This document shows, one piece after another, positions 34,721 through 55,046 of a stretch of DNA of 64,000 nt. The position numbers and the translations under genes were made by a program. The first letter of the stretch is position 1; each line of letters opens with the position of its first letter. Under the pieces are notes generated by a model. The model did not search any database. It saw only the letters and a list, made by a program, of their open reading frames with translations, and was not told the origin of the DNA. The DNA is from the human T2T-CHM13v2.0 reference genome, Homo sapiens. The stretch is from the NCBI RefSeq assembly GCF_009914755.1, contig NC_060947.1; one strand, 5' to 3'.

Positions 34721-35200
34721 CCTGAGTCTGGCTTCTTTTGATCATCATTACATTTGTAAGAATCATCCTTGTAATTTGGTCATTTTTATTGCTGAATAAT
34801 ATTCCATTTTACTAATATACCATAATTGATCCATTCGATTGTGTATGGGCATTTGAGTTGTTTTCAGATTGGTGATTTAAATGGTGCTGCTATGTACATT
34901 CTTGTACATGTCCCTTTTGGTAAAATATGTATGCATTTATTTGGCTATATATTCATTTTTGGTTATCTATTGCTACCTAATAAACTACCCCCACATTTAG
35001 TGACTTAAAAACAACAGCCATGTTATTGCATGTAATTCTGTGGGTCAGGCATTTGAACAGGGCTTGCTGGGAACAACTTACCTCTGTTCCATGTGTTATC
35101 AGTTGAGCTCACTCATCTAGCTGGACTGGGCAGGAAAGATCAAATGGTTTTAATCACATGTCTGGGATTTTGGTATTAGGTATTAACTTGGTTACCTCTC

Positions 35201-35489
35201 GGCCAGGTGCAGTAACTCATGCCTGTAATCTCAGCACTTTGGGAGGCTGAGGTGGATGGATCACTTGAGATCAGGAGTTCAAGACCAGCCTGGCCAACCC
35301 CATCTCTAGTAAAAATACAAAAATTAGCTGGGTGTGTTGGTGCACGCCTGTAATCCCATCTACTCAGGAGACTGAGGCACAAGAATCGCTTGAACCTGGG
35401 AGGCGGAGGTTGCAGTGAGCCAAAATCGTGCTACTGCACTCCAGCCTGGGTGACATAGTGAGACTCCATCTCAGAAAAAAAAAAAAAAA
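35201..35489 (+). mobile_element. AluS inside an MLT1-like LTR (~34950-35800)
   Basis: Dimeric Alu; TSD ttggttacctct. Confidence 0.9.
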
Positions 35490-36008
35490 TTTGGTTACCT
35501 CTCTTTTTCTCACGCAGCCTTTCTGTCCATTAGGCTATTCTGGACTTCTTTACATGATGGCTGGGTCCAAGAGGGCAAAGGCAGAAGCTGCCAGGCCTCT
35601 TAAGGCCTATGTGCTAGAACTCTGGGAAATCAGTTCTGCCATACTCTATCGGTTAAAACAAGTCACAAGGCCAGACGTGAATTCAGAGCAGTTAAAGAGA
35701 TATCCATCTCTTCCTCAGAGGAGTGGCAGTATTACAGTATAAAGGGATGTGGACATAGGGAGGCATGATTCCTTGGGGAGCCATTATCATAAAAATGTAC
35801 CACAAGCCAGGGATAGAAGTTTGGGGTTATAGCGCTTATATCTGTTCAGCTTTATTAGATACTGGCAGACATTTTTACAGGATGGTTGTAACAAGCTATA
35901 CTCTCACCAGTTCAGTTGCTCCATATCCTCACCAACACTTGCAATAGTACATTCATTTCATTTTAGTCATTCTGGTGAATATCTAGTGGTATCGTATTTC
36001 AGGTTTAA

Positions 36009-36372
<364 letters not shown>

Positions 36373-36511
36373 AAGTTGCTCACCTTTTTGTATGTTTATT
36401 GGTCATGTGGACATCTCATGTGGTGAAGTTCCTGTTCAGGTTTTTTTGTCCATTTTTCTATTGGGTTATTTGTCTTTTTCTTATGAATTTGGAAGAGTTT
36501 TCTAACTCTTC

Positions 36512-36814
36512 TTATTTTATTTTATTTTTTTAGATAGAGTCTCACTCTGTCGCCCAGGCTGGAGTGCAGTGGCATGACCTCGGCTCCCTGCAACCTCCCC
36601 GCTGCCCAGGTTCAAGTGATTCTCGTGCCTCAGGCTCCCGAGTAGCTGGGATTACAGGCATGCACCACCATGCCTGGCTAATTTTGTATTTTTAGTAGAT
36701 ACGGGGTTTCTTCCATGCTGGTCAGGCTGGTCTCAAACTCCCGACCTCAGGTGATCCACCCGCCTCGGCCTCCCAAAGTGCTGGGATTACAGGCGTGAGC
36801 CATTGCGCCCGGCC
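36512..36814 (-). mobile_element. AluS
   Basis: Dimeric Alu. Confidence 0.92.
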
Positions 36815-37623
36815 TAAATAGGATATTTTTAGGAACCAGAAGGTTATTTAACATTTCCAGATATCGGGGCCACCAGATTAATGGTCTTAACTCTGGGGCA
36901 TGGAGTATCTTGAGACACGTTGGGTACTCTGAAGATAAGAGGTGACCCTGGAAGCAGTCATACTTGTCCTTGTAATCCTACCACCTCTTGATGATCAATT
37001 ATAACAGTTGATCTCCCTGTGCTACTACTTTAAGAGCTCAAAACCAGTGCATAGGACTCCATGGGGTGTAGAGACTCCACAGAAACATTCCCAGTCCACT
37101 TTTCACACATCAGCCTCCTCCCACAGGCAGAAAGCCGAAGCTGCCATACATAGCCATAGGTTTAAACAGAGACTGGCGGAAGCGGGGAGTGGGATGGAGT
37201 GTGTGGAAGTGTTGTTTTCACTTTTCTTTCTGCTTCTCAGATCAGCCAAAATGTCCTATCGGACCAGGTATTTTATATTTTTTGTTGCTATGGTGAATAG
37301 AACATTTTCCCCATTATATCTTCCATTGGTTATCGGTAGTGTTAGTAAAGCTTTTGAATTATGTCAATTTATCTTATATTGTGCTACTATTAAGTAATAA
37401 TAATATTTTTATTGTTGATATTTGTTACATGTTTACCATGTGCCATGTATTTAAGTGCTTTAAATACATCATTTCATTTAGTCTTCATGACAAACCAGTG
37501 AGATTAGTAGTATTATCATCCCCTTTTTGTAGATATGGAATCTGAGGCTTAGAAGGCAATCTCCCAAGGTTATTCATCTCATTGGTGGAGAAGCTGTGAT
37601 TCAAACCAGTGTGATTAATGTCT

Positions 37624-37850
37624 ATATTTTATACATATAAAAAATATAAAATATATATTTATTATAGTATTTATATAATATATATTCCATATAATTATAT
37701 ATTTATATGGAATATATATTATATATTATATAATTATATTATATATATTATATAATTATATTATATATATTATATATTATAATATAATTATATATTATAT
37801 TATATTCCATATAATTATATAGAATATATATTATATATATATATATTTAT
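37624..37850. repeat. AT-rich low-complexity (TATAT)n tract with palindrome
   Basis: Almost pure A/T over ~230 bp, adjoining an Alu tail. Confidence 0.92.
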
Positions 37851-38089
37851 TTTCGAGACAGGGTCTCACTCTGTCACCCAGACTAGAGCACAGTAACATG
37901 ATCATGGCTCACTGCAGCCTCGACCTCCTGGGCTCAGATGATCCTCCTACCTCAGGCTCCCGAGTAGCTGGGACTAGAGGCACGCACCACCATGCCCAGC
38001 TAATTTTTTTGCATTTTTTGTAGGGGTTTTGCCATGTTGCCCAGGCTTGTCTCGAACTCCTGGACTCAAGCAATTCTCCATGCCCAGCC
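37851..38089 (-). mobile_element. AluJ (internally deleted)
   Basis: gagacagggtctcactctgtcacc...cctcgacctcctgggctc. Confidence 0.88.
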
Positions 38090-40099
38090 TCTGTATTACA
38101 TTTAATTCTCCTATCAATTCTGGGAGTTTTTCAATTGATTTTCTTGGGTGTAGGTATTTAATCACATTGGCCACAAGTAACTTTATTTTTATATCTTTCT
38201 ATACAATAATTACTGCTCTTATTTCAGCTTCATGTCTTATTGCATTGGCCAAAGATAGTGGATCAGTGTTAGAATGAAACAGTGAAAGTGGGCATCCTTG
38301 TTTTGTTGATGATTTAATGGAAAAACCATTATTGATTATTTAAATTTATAAAGCGATGTTAAGGAAGTATCATTCCATTCCTAGTTTCTGAGTTTTTAAA
38401 AAATCAGGAACAGATGTTAAATTTTATGAAATGTCATTTTGGCATCTATTGAATTTATTATATGGACACCAATGGTTCTGATCCAGATTCATAACTGAGA
38501 AACAAAAATAACTATAAATGTAGTTCAATTGTTGCTTTTCTTTTTCCAGCAATATCTGGAGCTTGTTTTCAAAGTGACATGTGGGTGGTAGAGGCAGAAA
38601 TTGTTGTATAAAAATTTATGGGCTTTAAATTTTTCCCTGTCCAGATTTTGAGTCTGTACTGGGTAAAAGAAAAGATTGTGTGTAGGGGGTATTTTTGAGG
38701 TATTTTCTTTAGAACAACTTGTAAAGGTATCATTTGCCTATAATTCTTAATTAGTTTAGATTCATGTTGACAAAATTGTAAACCAAATAGGTAAGGATTA
38801 ATTCTGTGTTGCACAAATCTTTATATATTGTTCATTAAATTATTGTTATTAGTTATAATAGTTCTAGCCCACAAGAACAGTATATACATAAGAAATGTTA
38901 AAGCCTTTGATTGTTTTCATACATGACACATTAGCTACTGGAAGAGAATTTATGTTATTCTTTTTTATGTTGCTAAAAACCAGCAGAAGGATTATGATTT
39001 GACGTTGACTAATACTTCATATTGAGTAGTTTTAACTAAGAATCGGTTTAGGGAACTGGTCCTTTTTCATATCTTTGTCACTGAACTTTTAGGCAATGAT
39101 GGTCATCAGATCTATGGAAGGGACGGTAGACCAAGCTTCTCTTTTTTTTAAAGAATGAAAACAATATTTTAATTTTGTTCTTAAGTAACAAGACTGAGTC
39201 TTCATAACTGGAAGGGATGGAACTGATTTGCTGTGTCAGTTAGCCGATGGGAAAGGGAGAGATGACAGCATGGGTGGAGGCAGTGATTGGGAAAATAAAA
39301 TGATTTTTGCTTTATTGCTCACAGAGTTGGGGTTACTAAATAAATCGGTTATAAGTATATAAATAATACTGTAGGTATCGTGTAGCATAGTTACATTTTA
39401 ATATGCAGTAAAAGTGTAATGGTTAAGAGTTTGAGCTCAAAGCCAGATTCTCTGGGATCAAGTTCCATCTCTGCTACTTACATGCTGTACCCCATTTTCC
39501 TTGTATATAAAATGGAGATACCAACAATATTTATCTCATAGGGTGGTTTCGGTCATTACATGAATACACATGTGTAAGGTGCTTAGAACAGTGCCTGGCA
39601 CATCAGTAACTGGGAGCTCCCATCCTTGTCATTATCACCATGATGCCTTGGAAAAGGTGTGGCCTGGGGTTCAACTGGGCAGGGGTTGCTGAGTTTTGAA
39701 GGATGATAAATTGTCCAAAGAAGAGAAAGCAAGGGTAGTCCAGGGAGAGGGAAGAGTGGGAACAATAAAGACAGAGTGCTGGGCTGGGAGAGGAAAGCAT
39801 CGCCAGTGTGGGGGAGATGCAAGGTCCCGGGGTGACATCTTAGATCGGAGGAGTGTCTAACTATGTTTAATTGTGTTACAGAGTCTGAAGAGAGGATCAT
39901 GCTGGAGATACAGGCAAGGGAGGAAGTGACTATGAAGTTGCCAGGCCTCTGAGGATTTGGAAGGGAGAAAGGGTGTGGGGAACAGCTCCATGGGTGGTTC
40001 CATATGCCTGTCTGCATCCATAGCTGCATCCTCAACTTCATTTCCTCTTTCCTTCCAGCATCTGACTTTCTAAATCAGGCATGCTTTAAGCTATGCTGC

Positions 40100-40311
40100 C
40101 TTTCTTTCTTTCTTTTTGAGACAGGGTCTTGCTGTGTTGCCTAGGCTGGAGTGCAGTGGCACAATCACACCTCACTGCAGCCTTGACCTCCTGGGCTCAT
40201 CCTCCTGCCTCAGCCTCCTGAGTAGCTGGGATTATAGGCGCACGCCACTATGCCCAGCTAGTTTTTTTGTATTTTTTGTAGAGACGAGGTTTCACCATGT
40301 TGCCCAGGCTG
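40100..40311 (-). mobile_element. Truncated AluJ
   Basis: Right arm plus part of left arm. Confidence 0.87.
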
Positions 40312-41104
40312 TTTCACTGCCTTTCTCATGAACACTGCAATCATATCATAAATTCCTCCCCCATCTAAAAAACAGAATCCCCTAGTTTTTACCATGCGTT
40401 CCATATTCACTTTATTTTTTAGAGTCTATAACAGAAAATAACCTTTATAATTCTGTTAGATGATATAGTGAAAGTACTGCGGGTTTTTGTGGGTTTTTGT
40501 TTTTGCTGTTATTTGTTTTTTCTAAGAGTTGCTTGGTATTTCAGTGTGTACAGTCAGGAAAAGGAAAGTTTTCATTTGAAGCAAGATTTATATCCAAGAA
40601 CGACTACCAAATTGAAAAGGGTGGCATGGGCATTGAAGACAGTGAAGTATTTAGGCTTTACTGCCTACGTAATGAATCTGAGATAAAGTTGTCAAGATGC
40701 TCTCCCTTTCTAGTCTCTAAATATAAATTGAAATAATTAAGTTATTCTTAAATCTCAAACCAAACCCAAATGAGAAAAATAACCACTCCCGGACCACATT
40801 AAAGACAGACATTATTACTCCTAAATTCAGCTTCTTATAAAACATCATCAACCACCACCAGAAAACACTGTGGTACACAAGAATTTAGAAAATATTTTTT
40901 TAAATTGCCAAATAGTATGACTTTAGAAAACATTTTTCACGTTTAGTTCTTAACTGTAATCTCTCAGCATAACTGGATCATGAAAAAAATGTATTCTGTC
41001 TATATCTTGACCACTCTGAATATTTTAAAAGATAGAAACTGTTTGCAGAGAACTTCTGAAGAATGGCCTTTGTAACAATTCGGTGTTAATGAGTTGAAGA
41101 GTAT

Positions 41105-41650
41105 GTCATTGTCCTCTGGGTCATTATCCGCAAGAATATTGTGTATTAAACAACCACCATACCTCAGTGGCATGTAATCAATATTTCTTTTTGCTAACAA
41201 GTCTACAGATTAGCTGAACACTTCTGCTGATCTTGGCAGGTTTGATTAGGCAGTTTTTTTGGGTCTTGGCTGGAGTTCACTCATGTGTCCAGAACAAACA
41301 CTGGTGGCTGCTGGCTGGGGGCTGATCGAGGACAACCTTGGCTAGGATGACTCAGCTCAGCTCTACATGGTCTTGGGTCTTTCTGAAGCCTAGCCTAGGC
41401 TTTGTGGTAGTGGCATTGTTCCTAAAGAGTGCATGAAAGCATACAAGGCCTCCAGAGAGACCTGAGCTTGGAACTGGTACATAGCACTTCCATCACATTC
41501 TTTAGGCCAGTACAAGTCATGAGCCCAGCCTGGTTTGAAGGGATGGGGAAACACACTCTTGACGGGAGTAGCTGCAAAAGTACATTACAAAGAGCATGGA
41601 TAGAAGGTGGGATAGAGAATTGGGATCACTTTTGCAATCCATCTACCATG
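41105..41650. mobile_element. MLT1-like MaLR LTR
   Basis: aaccaccatacctcagtggc...cttgacgggagtagctgcaaaagtacattacaaagagcatggat...tttgcaatccatctacca. Confidence 0.6.
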
Positions 41651-42414
41651 TTTCCTTTCGTCTTTCTCTGTCTGAATTGTCTTGATTTCTGTACTGGGGC
41701 TGACTGTTTCATGGGCAATCTAGCAGGCAGGGACCCTGGGTCTCAGCACCCACTAAAATGGACAATGCAGGCACTCCGTTATGTAGAACTGTCTCTCCGA
41801 GACTGAGAGGTTCTTTGGGTATTTCTGCCTGTGATTTGTCCTTTAACTTTATCTGCTTTGTTACCAAGAAAGAATGAAAATCATGTCAGAAAGTTTATTT
41901 TTAAGTAAAGAGAAAAACAAATCCGTTACAGCTAAATAGAATCCTCTGAAGTGTTTAACAGGGGAAAAATTGAATGTTGCAGTTAAATTTTCTGTAGGTT
42001 CTGAATAGCAGCAGATGTTTGAACCAAATATAATGTATTGTTCTGTTTTCAGCCCTATTTGTAAAAGTCTGAGATGTAAGAGTGGGCAAAAAACTTAGAG
42101 CTAGAGCTTCGATCATCCAAATACCTTGATTGGCTAGTTTTCCCTGTGCTTCTCCCTCCCCTTCCCACTAGCCATGGACCCACTGCTGTGGTAAAACATC
42201 TGCCCAGGAAGGGATGGTGGTGACCCATGTGAATGTTCTGGTCTCAGGGTCAGTCATTCCTCGTGGTTATATGTGGGCTGTGTTGATATGCAGAACATTT
42301 AGCACAGTGCCTTACATGGGCTAGGTATTCAAGAAGATATTTATTAAATTTAAGTATTGAAATGTTGATTCCCACCCCCACCCCCACCCCCCCGTTCTGT
42401 CCTTCCTTTTCCAG

Positions 42415-42575
42415 AATTAAGAAATCAGTCTCTTGAAAGCGAACAGGACATGAGGGATAGATGGGATTATGTGGACTCGATAGATGTCCCAGACTCCTAT
42501 AATGGTCCTCGGCTACAATTTCCTCTCACTTGTACGGATATTGATTTACTTCTTGAGGCCTTCAAGGAACAACAG
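42415..42575 (+). CDS. PPEF1: PPEF1 coding exon 4 (ELRNQSLESEQDMRDRWDYVDSIDVPDSYNGPRLQFPLTCTDIDLLLEAFKEQQ)
   Basis: Acceptor ccttccttttccag, donor CAG|gtaagt; 161 nt; phase 1 to 0; YxGPRL motif typical of the PPEF/PP5 pre-catalytic region. Confidence 0.96.
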
Positions 42576-42779
42576 GTAAGTGGAAGCAGATGCTGCCTTG
42601 ATTCTTGTACATAACAGATGCCCAATAACTGTTGAAAGAATGGATGAACATACCACAGCAGAGATGCATTTCTTTAGAAAACAGTTCACATTAAGTGAGA
42701 GCTCCCCTCTGTTACTCATTTAATAGAAGTCTCCTCAGGTGCACAGCAAGCTCCTCTCTGTAGGCTAACAGCATTTCAT

Positions 42780-46600
<3,821 letters not shown>

Positions 46601-47214
46601 CTGAAATCTCTGTTCCTTTAGCTTGTGTTAAGTTAGTGTTTTGACAGAGACTTCCTTGAACACCAGGAGCGATTTAAAAAAAAAAAAAAAGGAAGGGAAA
46701 AAAACCAACAACAAATATTTGCAGATTGGCTCTCTGTTGGAGCACTCCTTCAACTCCTTGGGCCATTTACAAATGTTAGTCTTTACTTCCCGCTTGTGCT
46801 GAACCATTGTTCAGTTTCCTTTTTCTTGATTCACTGTTTGGTTGCTATAAACTTTGAGTATTTTCCAGAGTTCTGACAAAGTTGATTCTGACAGGGTTTG
46901 TTTGTTTGTTTGTTTTTGCTTGATTTGTCAATGTTTTTGTGGCGGAATGGGACCTTAGAGTTGCCTACATGACCGTTTTCTCTGACATCACCCCAGTACC
47001 CTCATTCTCAGGTTAGGACCCTAAAGGGCATACCTAGGAGTAAGAGTGAACTGGAAGACTGGCTTTTCAATGATCAGAGAACAGCTTGGAATGAATCATG
47101 TAATTCCTGAGATTGAACTGAGATCATCTTAGATAGCTAAGGCTCCTAACCACCTGCCAACAGCAAATTTAAGTCTTCTCTGGAAGACAATAGGCCTGAG
47201 ATTGTTTGTTCAGT

Positions 47215-47563
<349 letters not shown>

Positions 47564-47897
47564 TAACCAAGCACAGGAGGTTATAAGACACATGAAGAAA
47601 ACTGAGGCAAACAACAATGGAAACAGACCTGTAGGGTATTTGGTTAGTGGCATTATCAGACTCTGAGTTTAAAATAAATATGCTTAATATAAGTTCAAGG
47701 AGATAAATCAATCCAAGGAGCCATAATAGAGAAGATTGATAATTCTGACTTTATAAAAATGAAAAGACTGTTATTAAGGGAAGAATAAAAGGTTCAACAC
47801 AGTGTACAGAGTAAAAAAAAAAGGATCATGTATATTTTGATTTTTTTAATTGAGAAAAAATTCATCTAATGTAAAAGTGATCATTTAAATCATTTTA

Positions 47898-48256
<359 letters not shown>

Positions 48257-48810
48257 TCACCACTATGTAATTCCAGAACATTTTCATCACCCCCAAACAA
48301 AACCCTTTACCCATTAGCAGTCACTCCCAGTTGCTCCCTCCCCCAGCCCCTGGCAATACTAATTTACCTTCTTTCTCTATGGATTTGTCTAATATGAACA
48401 CTTCCTGTAAGTGGAATCGTACAATATATGTGGCCTTTTGTGCCTGGCGTCTGTTGCTTGGCATGTTTCCAGAGTCCATCCGTGGTAGCATGGATCAGTA
48501 CTTCCTTCCTATTTTTAGCTGAGTAATGTTACTTTGTATGGATATAGCACATTGTATTTAAGGGATTATATGTTTATACATGCATTTTTGTATTCATCTG
48601 TGGTTATATTGATTTTTGTATGCTTGCAAACACATAGAATATTTCTGGGAAAGATACGATACTTTTAACAGTGGCTGTTTCTAGGGGTAGGGATTAGGGG
48701 AATAAGATCTAGGGGAGACGGAAAATGACTTTTCATTATTTTACCCATTTCTACTATTTAAAATTTTATTTCAACTAAAAAAATGACGTGTTTCTCCATT
48801 TTAATACTAC

Positions 48811-49102
<292 letters not shown>

Positions 49103-49537
49103 CTAAAACTACTTTTTTAAAAAGAAATATTCTTTAAAGGTAGTATTTTCCTCTAACTTAAAAGAATGTGACTATTTTATTCAAGTGGTTATTTAACCTG
49201 AATATATTTATAAATGGAGAAACTGCCATCTGAGTTAATCATCTTGAGCATTTAATATTGCAGTTGTAAATATAATTCTAATGCTATGGAAAGATAGCCT
49301 TATAGGCAAGGACTAGTATGACCAAAATGATTTTAGTCAATCCAAAGACCCAGAGAAATTATTTTCATAATAATTTTCTGTTGTTGCAATATATTCTCAG
49401 TGAATATTTGTTAATTTAGCTTTTATAAAAAAGAAAACTTCCCCTTTAGACAACAGTTACTCTGATAAGTACTACCAATGGACCAGAAAAACTACAATGA
49501 TAAGCTAAGGTAACACTGAAGCCAGTGTTGGGAATCA

Positions 49538-49805
<268 letters not shown>

Positions 49806-50249
49806 TCCAATATGGCAATAGGTCTAAATAGTTTTGACCTATTAAAATATGTTAAATTTGTGTGGTAGTCACATCTCTGCTGTATTATATTTTGGAGTAT
49901 GTATTTATAATTTTTTTTCATTCTCCCTCTCCTTTTTCTTTTTCTCTTTTATTATTACAATTGGCTTTTTGTCTGCACGTTTCCCTAGGGCAAGGGCGTG
50001 CCTCCCTTCACTTCTCTTGGGCTCTAAGGACCTGGGATGATGATTCATTTTCTCAGTTACACACGTCGACTGAGGGCTTATTATATGCCAGACACTGGGC
50101 TAGAATGATCTATTTCAGAATAATTGAAAGGTTATCCTGAAATACAGCGACCTGAAACGTGCGTGCTTGCTCCACCTTTACAGTTTTCTATACAGTCATG
50201 TCTTTCTTCCTTGTTCATTACATCTATTTCCTCTGCTTCCCGCTCACAG

Positions 50250-50364
50250 ATACTTCATGCCCATTATGTCTTAGAGGTGCTATTTGAAACCAAGAAAGTC
50301 CTGAAGCAAATGCCGAATTTCACTCACATACAAACTTCTCCCTCCAAAGAGGTAACAATCTGTG
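50250..50364 (+). CDS. PPEF1: PPEF1 coding exon 5 (ILHAHYVLEVLFETKKVLKQMPNFTHIQTSPSKEVTIC + 1 nt)
   Basis: Acceptor gctcacag, donor G|gtaagt; 115 nt; peptide visible in ORF 50124..50447. Confidence 0.96.
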
Positions 50365-52620
50365 GTAAGTTTCAGAGCAGAGTTGTCCAATTAATATTTA
50401 GGAGCCTCTTGGTCCTACATCGTTTGCCTAACTTGAAAACTGTGTAAATTGGACTGTGTTAAGGGAAAAATGTTAATATAGAATTATCTATCATGATAAT
50501 ACTGTTCCCCATCTTGTCTTTGTTTTGCATACCAGCTGGCAGGAATTAATTATGTGAGAAATTAAAGAGCTCATAGCTTTTTATAAAGGCAGACAGCATT
50601 TTAATATGGAAAAACCACCCATGGGTGGAATAAGCATTCTTTGCCCTCCGTCTAGCTCTCATTATCTTTGTTCCACGTTGCTTTTTCTAGGTGGGCCTCT
50701 GCATGCCACTTGTGCTGGGAAGAGAAAAGCCCGTGGCGGGGTGAAGATTAAATTCTTCTCTGCCCTTGGCTGCTGTTTTAGATTTTTCCAACTGGTCTGT
50801 GCAGCTTTTAGAAGAGTGGGAATGTCCCAGAAATCTGTTTCTTGTTCTTTTAAATAACAAGATTTGAGATTTTGCTATCATATAGGCCAGCCTGGCAGGA
50901 TATTGCTTCAAGAAACAGTACACATTGAAATTCCTCACAGTTGGTGCTCAGCATGCTTGCAACCGTTTGACAGTGGGGTGCGTGGAAGGAACAGCAATTC
51001 CCTTAACTTCTAATTAAGCCTTTAGGTTACAAAACAGTGATTGTTATTTTCCAAATCAGTTTTTAGCCTGCATTTCTCTTATTCTGGCAGGTAGAAGTGA
51101 ATTTGACAATCTAATTAAACTATTTGCATTTCTAGCGTCTGATAGTGGTGGCAGGGACTTGATGTAGCAGTGCCTACCTCATCACATGCCCTGACTCAGG
51201 TTTTTGAAGAGTCTCTAATGGTTCATTTCCAGCCTCATCAGGCATCACGTCTCTGACTGGCAGATGATTCATCTCAGCAGTGGGGGTCTTTTATTCAAGG
51301 CCTCACCTGGCCTTTTCATGGAAAATAGAGACTTCGGGTCATGAGGCTCAGAAAGCCATGCCACCCTGTGAAGTCTGTGAGGCCAGGGCTAGGTGTGCTC
51401 TTAGGATATATAGAATAGCCCAAACTGAGAATGGGATCCGCTCCCCTGTGTTTCACTGGGAGCCACTACAGACTCATCCTTGCTAAAAGGATCTGGAAGA
51501 AGACACACGTTAATTACAGGGCAGGGCAGTCCTAGAATCCCACAGTGTGAGAACTGAAGGGTTCTCTAGTCTATTCCTTGCTCTTATGGGTGAAATTGAA
51601 GCTCAGAGAGAAAAGTGGCAGGATCAGAATTAAAATCAGGTCTTCTGTATCCCAGGTTAGAGGCAGCCCCACATCTGCCATCCTGACTCGCATTAGGTAC
51701 CTGGTGGTTCATTGTCCATCGTGAGACAAAGATTAGGGCGTGACTTAACTGGACATCTCCATTGGTTAAAGATTTCCACATCTTGGCACTTATTTCTAGA
51801 CTTTTTCACGTGGCACCATTGGTAGGGGGAAAAGACAAGGCCAGTGGGTTTTCTTAACATGGGAATATTATTATTTTCTATTTTTAACAGCTCATTGAAC
51901 TTCAAAAATTTCATGATTATTTATAATAAAATTTAAAATTGGGGCCATAACTTCAAAACCATCTTCCGTTTAAGACGGTGTTAGGAAAGGGGGAGAGATT
52001 GTGATGAAAATTTGCTATTATTTTAATTGTGAGATGCATTTTTTTACATGTACATCTAAATATGCCCCGTAGTTTTCAGCATGCATGAAATATAAGAGGA
52101 TTTTTAGTCTACAGTTATATTATAAATGATAACCAATTCTGCACTCATGTTTTTGTTGGCAGTGGAAATATCTTTCTGTCCTTCTTCCCATGGTACGAGT
52201 TTTTCTTTCGCTGTCCAACTAGAAGTTAAAAATATTAAACTAAGTAAAGAGTCCTCCCATCTTTATGTCCTTAGATTTAGAGTGAGACCATATGAAAGCA
52301 ATGAGATTTAAGCACACAATGATACTAATATGCTAATAATATTATAGTAGTATTTTATAAATAAGTGCTGGTGATATAGAATTTCTATTTTATTATTTCC
52401 AGTATATTTGGAGTCTTCTATTGCATGTATTTGGTTAATCTTGGTTGTGGGATTTTAAGCAAACTGAGGGAAAAGTATTCGTAAATTAAATTGTATAGTA
52501 ATTAAGTTGGATACAAAGAATAAAAATTTATGAGCAGAACTTATGAAAGATATTTTACCTAGAAATAGTTATCCAAATGGGGCTTTTGGATATTCACATA
52601 GTCACTCATTATTATTGCTA

Positions 52621-52940
<320 letters not shown>

Positions 52941-53212
52941 TGATCTCCCCTAGTTGGCTTTCATTTTTTTTCTATGTCTCATCAAAGAATGTCAACTACC
53001 TACTCACAAAGTTTAAATTTCAGATGCTGCTACTGGAGTATATTAAAAACACGGCTTTAAAAAGCTATATACTTAGCCAAGAAATGTATTTACTGAGTGC
53101 CTCTTATCCACTGGGTCCTATGGTAGGCACTTGGGGATTCAATGCTGACTACAATAGATACTGTTGCTGCTCTCCTAGGGATTACAGTGTGGGTGTACAG
53201 AATAATCGCTAA

Positions 53213-53703
<491 letters not shown>

Positions 53704-54152
53704 AAGCTTGAGTTTTGAAGTGAGTTAAAGTTGGGTTTGAATTCTTGCTCTGATACTTGATGGCTGGGTATCTTTGCATAACTTACTTAACTACTGTGAG
53801 CCTCATTTGTAAGATGAGAATGATGAAGATAAAACCCATCTCATAGAGTGGTTGTAAGGACTGAACTAGATAATTCATGTAAAACCCTTAGCACAGTGCT
53901 TGGCCCAGAGTGATCGAAGCCCTGTGCAAATGACTGGACTGAAAAGGTAATTGAAGCACTAGATGCTGTCCCCACTATAGGAGAGGAAGAGAAGAGTGCT
54001 GTGGAGACAAATTGCCTGTCAAATTAACATCGTCATAGGATAAAAACCCAATGCCCTGAGAACACTTGGAGTGGATCAGCAGTATTTCACTTTTAAAAAT
54101 GGGCATTGCATCTTGTTCTCTACTGAATACTGATTTTTCATTTGCACTGCAG

Positions 54153-54199
54153 GTGATTTGCATGGGAAACTGGATGATCTTTTTTTGATCTTCTACAAG
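54153..54199 (+). CDS. PPEF1: PPEF1 coding exon 6 (GDLHGKLDDLFLIFYK); PPP-family metal-binding GDxHG motif
   Basis: Acceptor cactgcag, donor AAG|gtaaat; 47 nt; completes the GDLHG motif in frame. Confidence 0.96.
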
Positions 54200-55046
54200 G
54201 TAAATGATGATTTTGCTAAATATTAACATTTTTCTTGGGGGAGGGCAGTCTTAGGGCAGATAACAATATTAGTTTTACTAGAGATATGTACTAATACAGA
54301 TATAATGTTACTGTTTTTAACCAGGAGGCTCAAAGATTTGTAGAGCCATATCTTTTTTTTTTTTAACACACATCTCATAAATTTTTAAAAAATTGTACTT
54401 TGGGTCTTCATTCTACATTATTGTTGTCTGTGTATCCATTAGGATTTGTACCGGATTGTATTTATTGTCTTTATCGCATCATAAATGTCTAGATGGTACA
54501 GGATGGGGAGGGATGCAGTCTGTTTTATTTTAATTTTGTTCAGGGATGAGCATGTCACATACCAGTCTTCTCTTCCAGTGCACACTAATTATGCATGAGT
54601 GGAGTTGCTTATGATAAGGAATAAGTTCCAGCATGCTCTCTTTTCTCCCCTGATTCGCCATCCATGGGCTCAGTTGTTCTTCCAATGCTGTGCCTCCTCT
54701 TCATTTATTGCATTTGGCTTGTGAGAGCCAGCACAGAGGGCACAAGACTGCTTGGCCAGCATGGATTTTCTCTGCATCTCTTTGATTGGATTTTTTTCTG
54801 TCTCTGGGCCAAGAGTTACAGCCTGAATGTTTGCTTCAGGGATGGCTGACTGCATATGGAAAACTGATCTTGAGATCCCTGCCTTCACAGCGGTTACCCC
54901 TTTACACTGGTCTTCTGAATGTCTCTTTTTGATTAATGCATTTATTGTTCATCTACTCCTGTGACCCCCACAACTAGCATGTCAAATAATTGGGCGTAGC
55001 GTAGGTATCTCAGATGGGTGGAAAGAAAATATATTCTGATTATTAT

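Noticed and set aside
39583-40041. 152-aa minus-strand ORF
   Set aside because: No recognisable domain; partly MIR-derived and biased in composition; no exon structure supports it.
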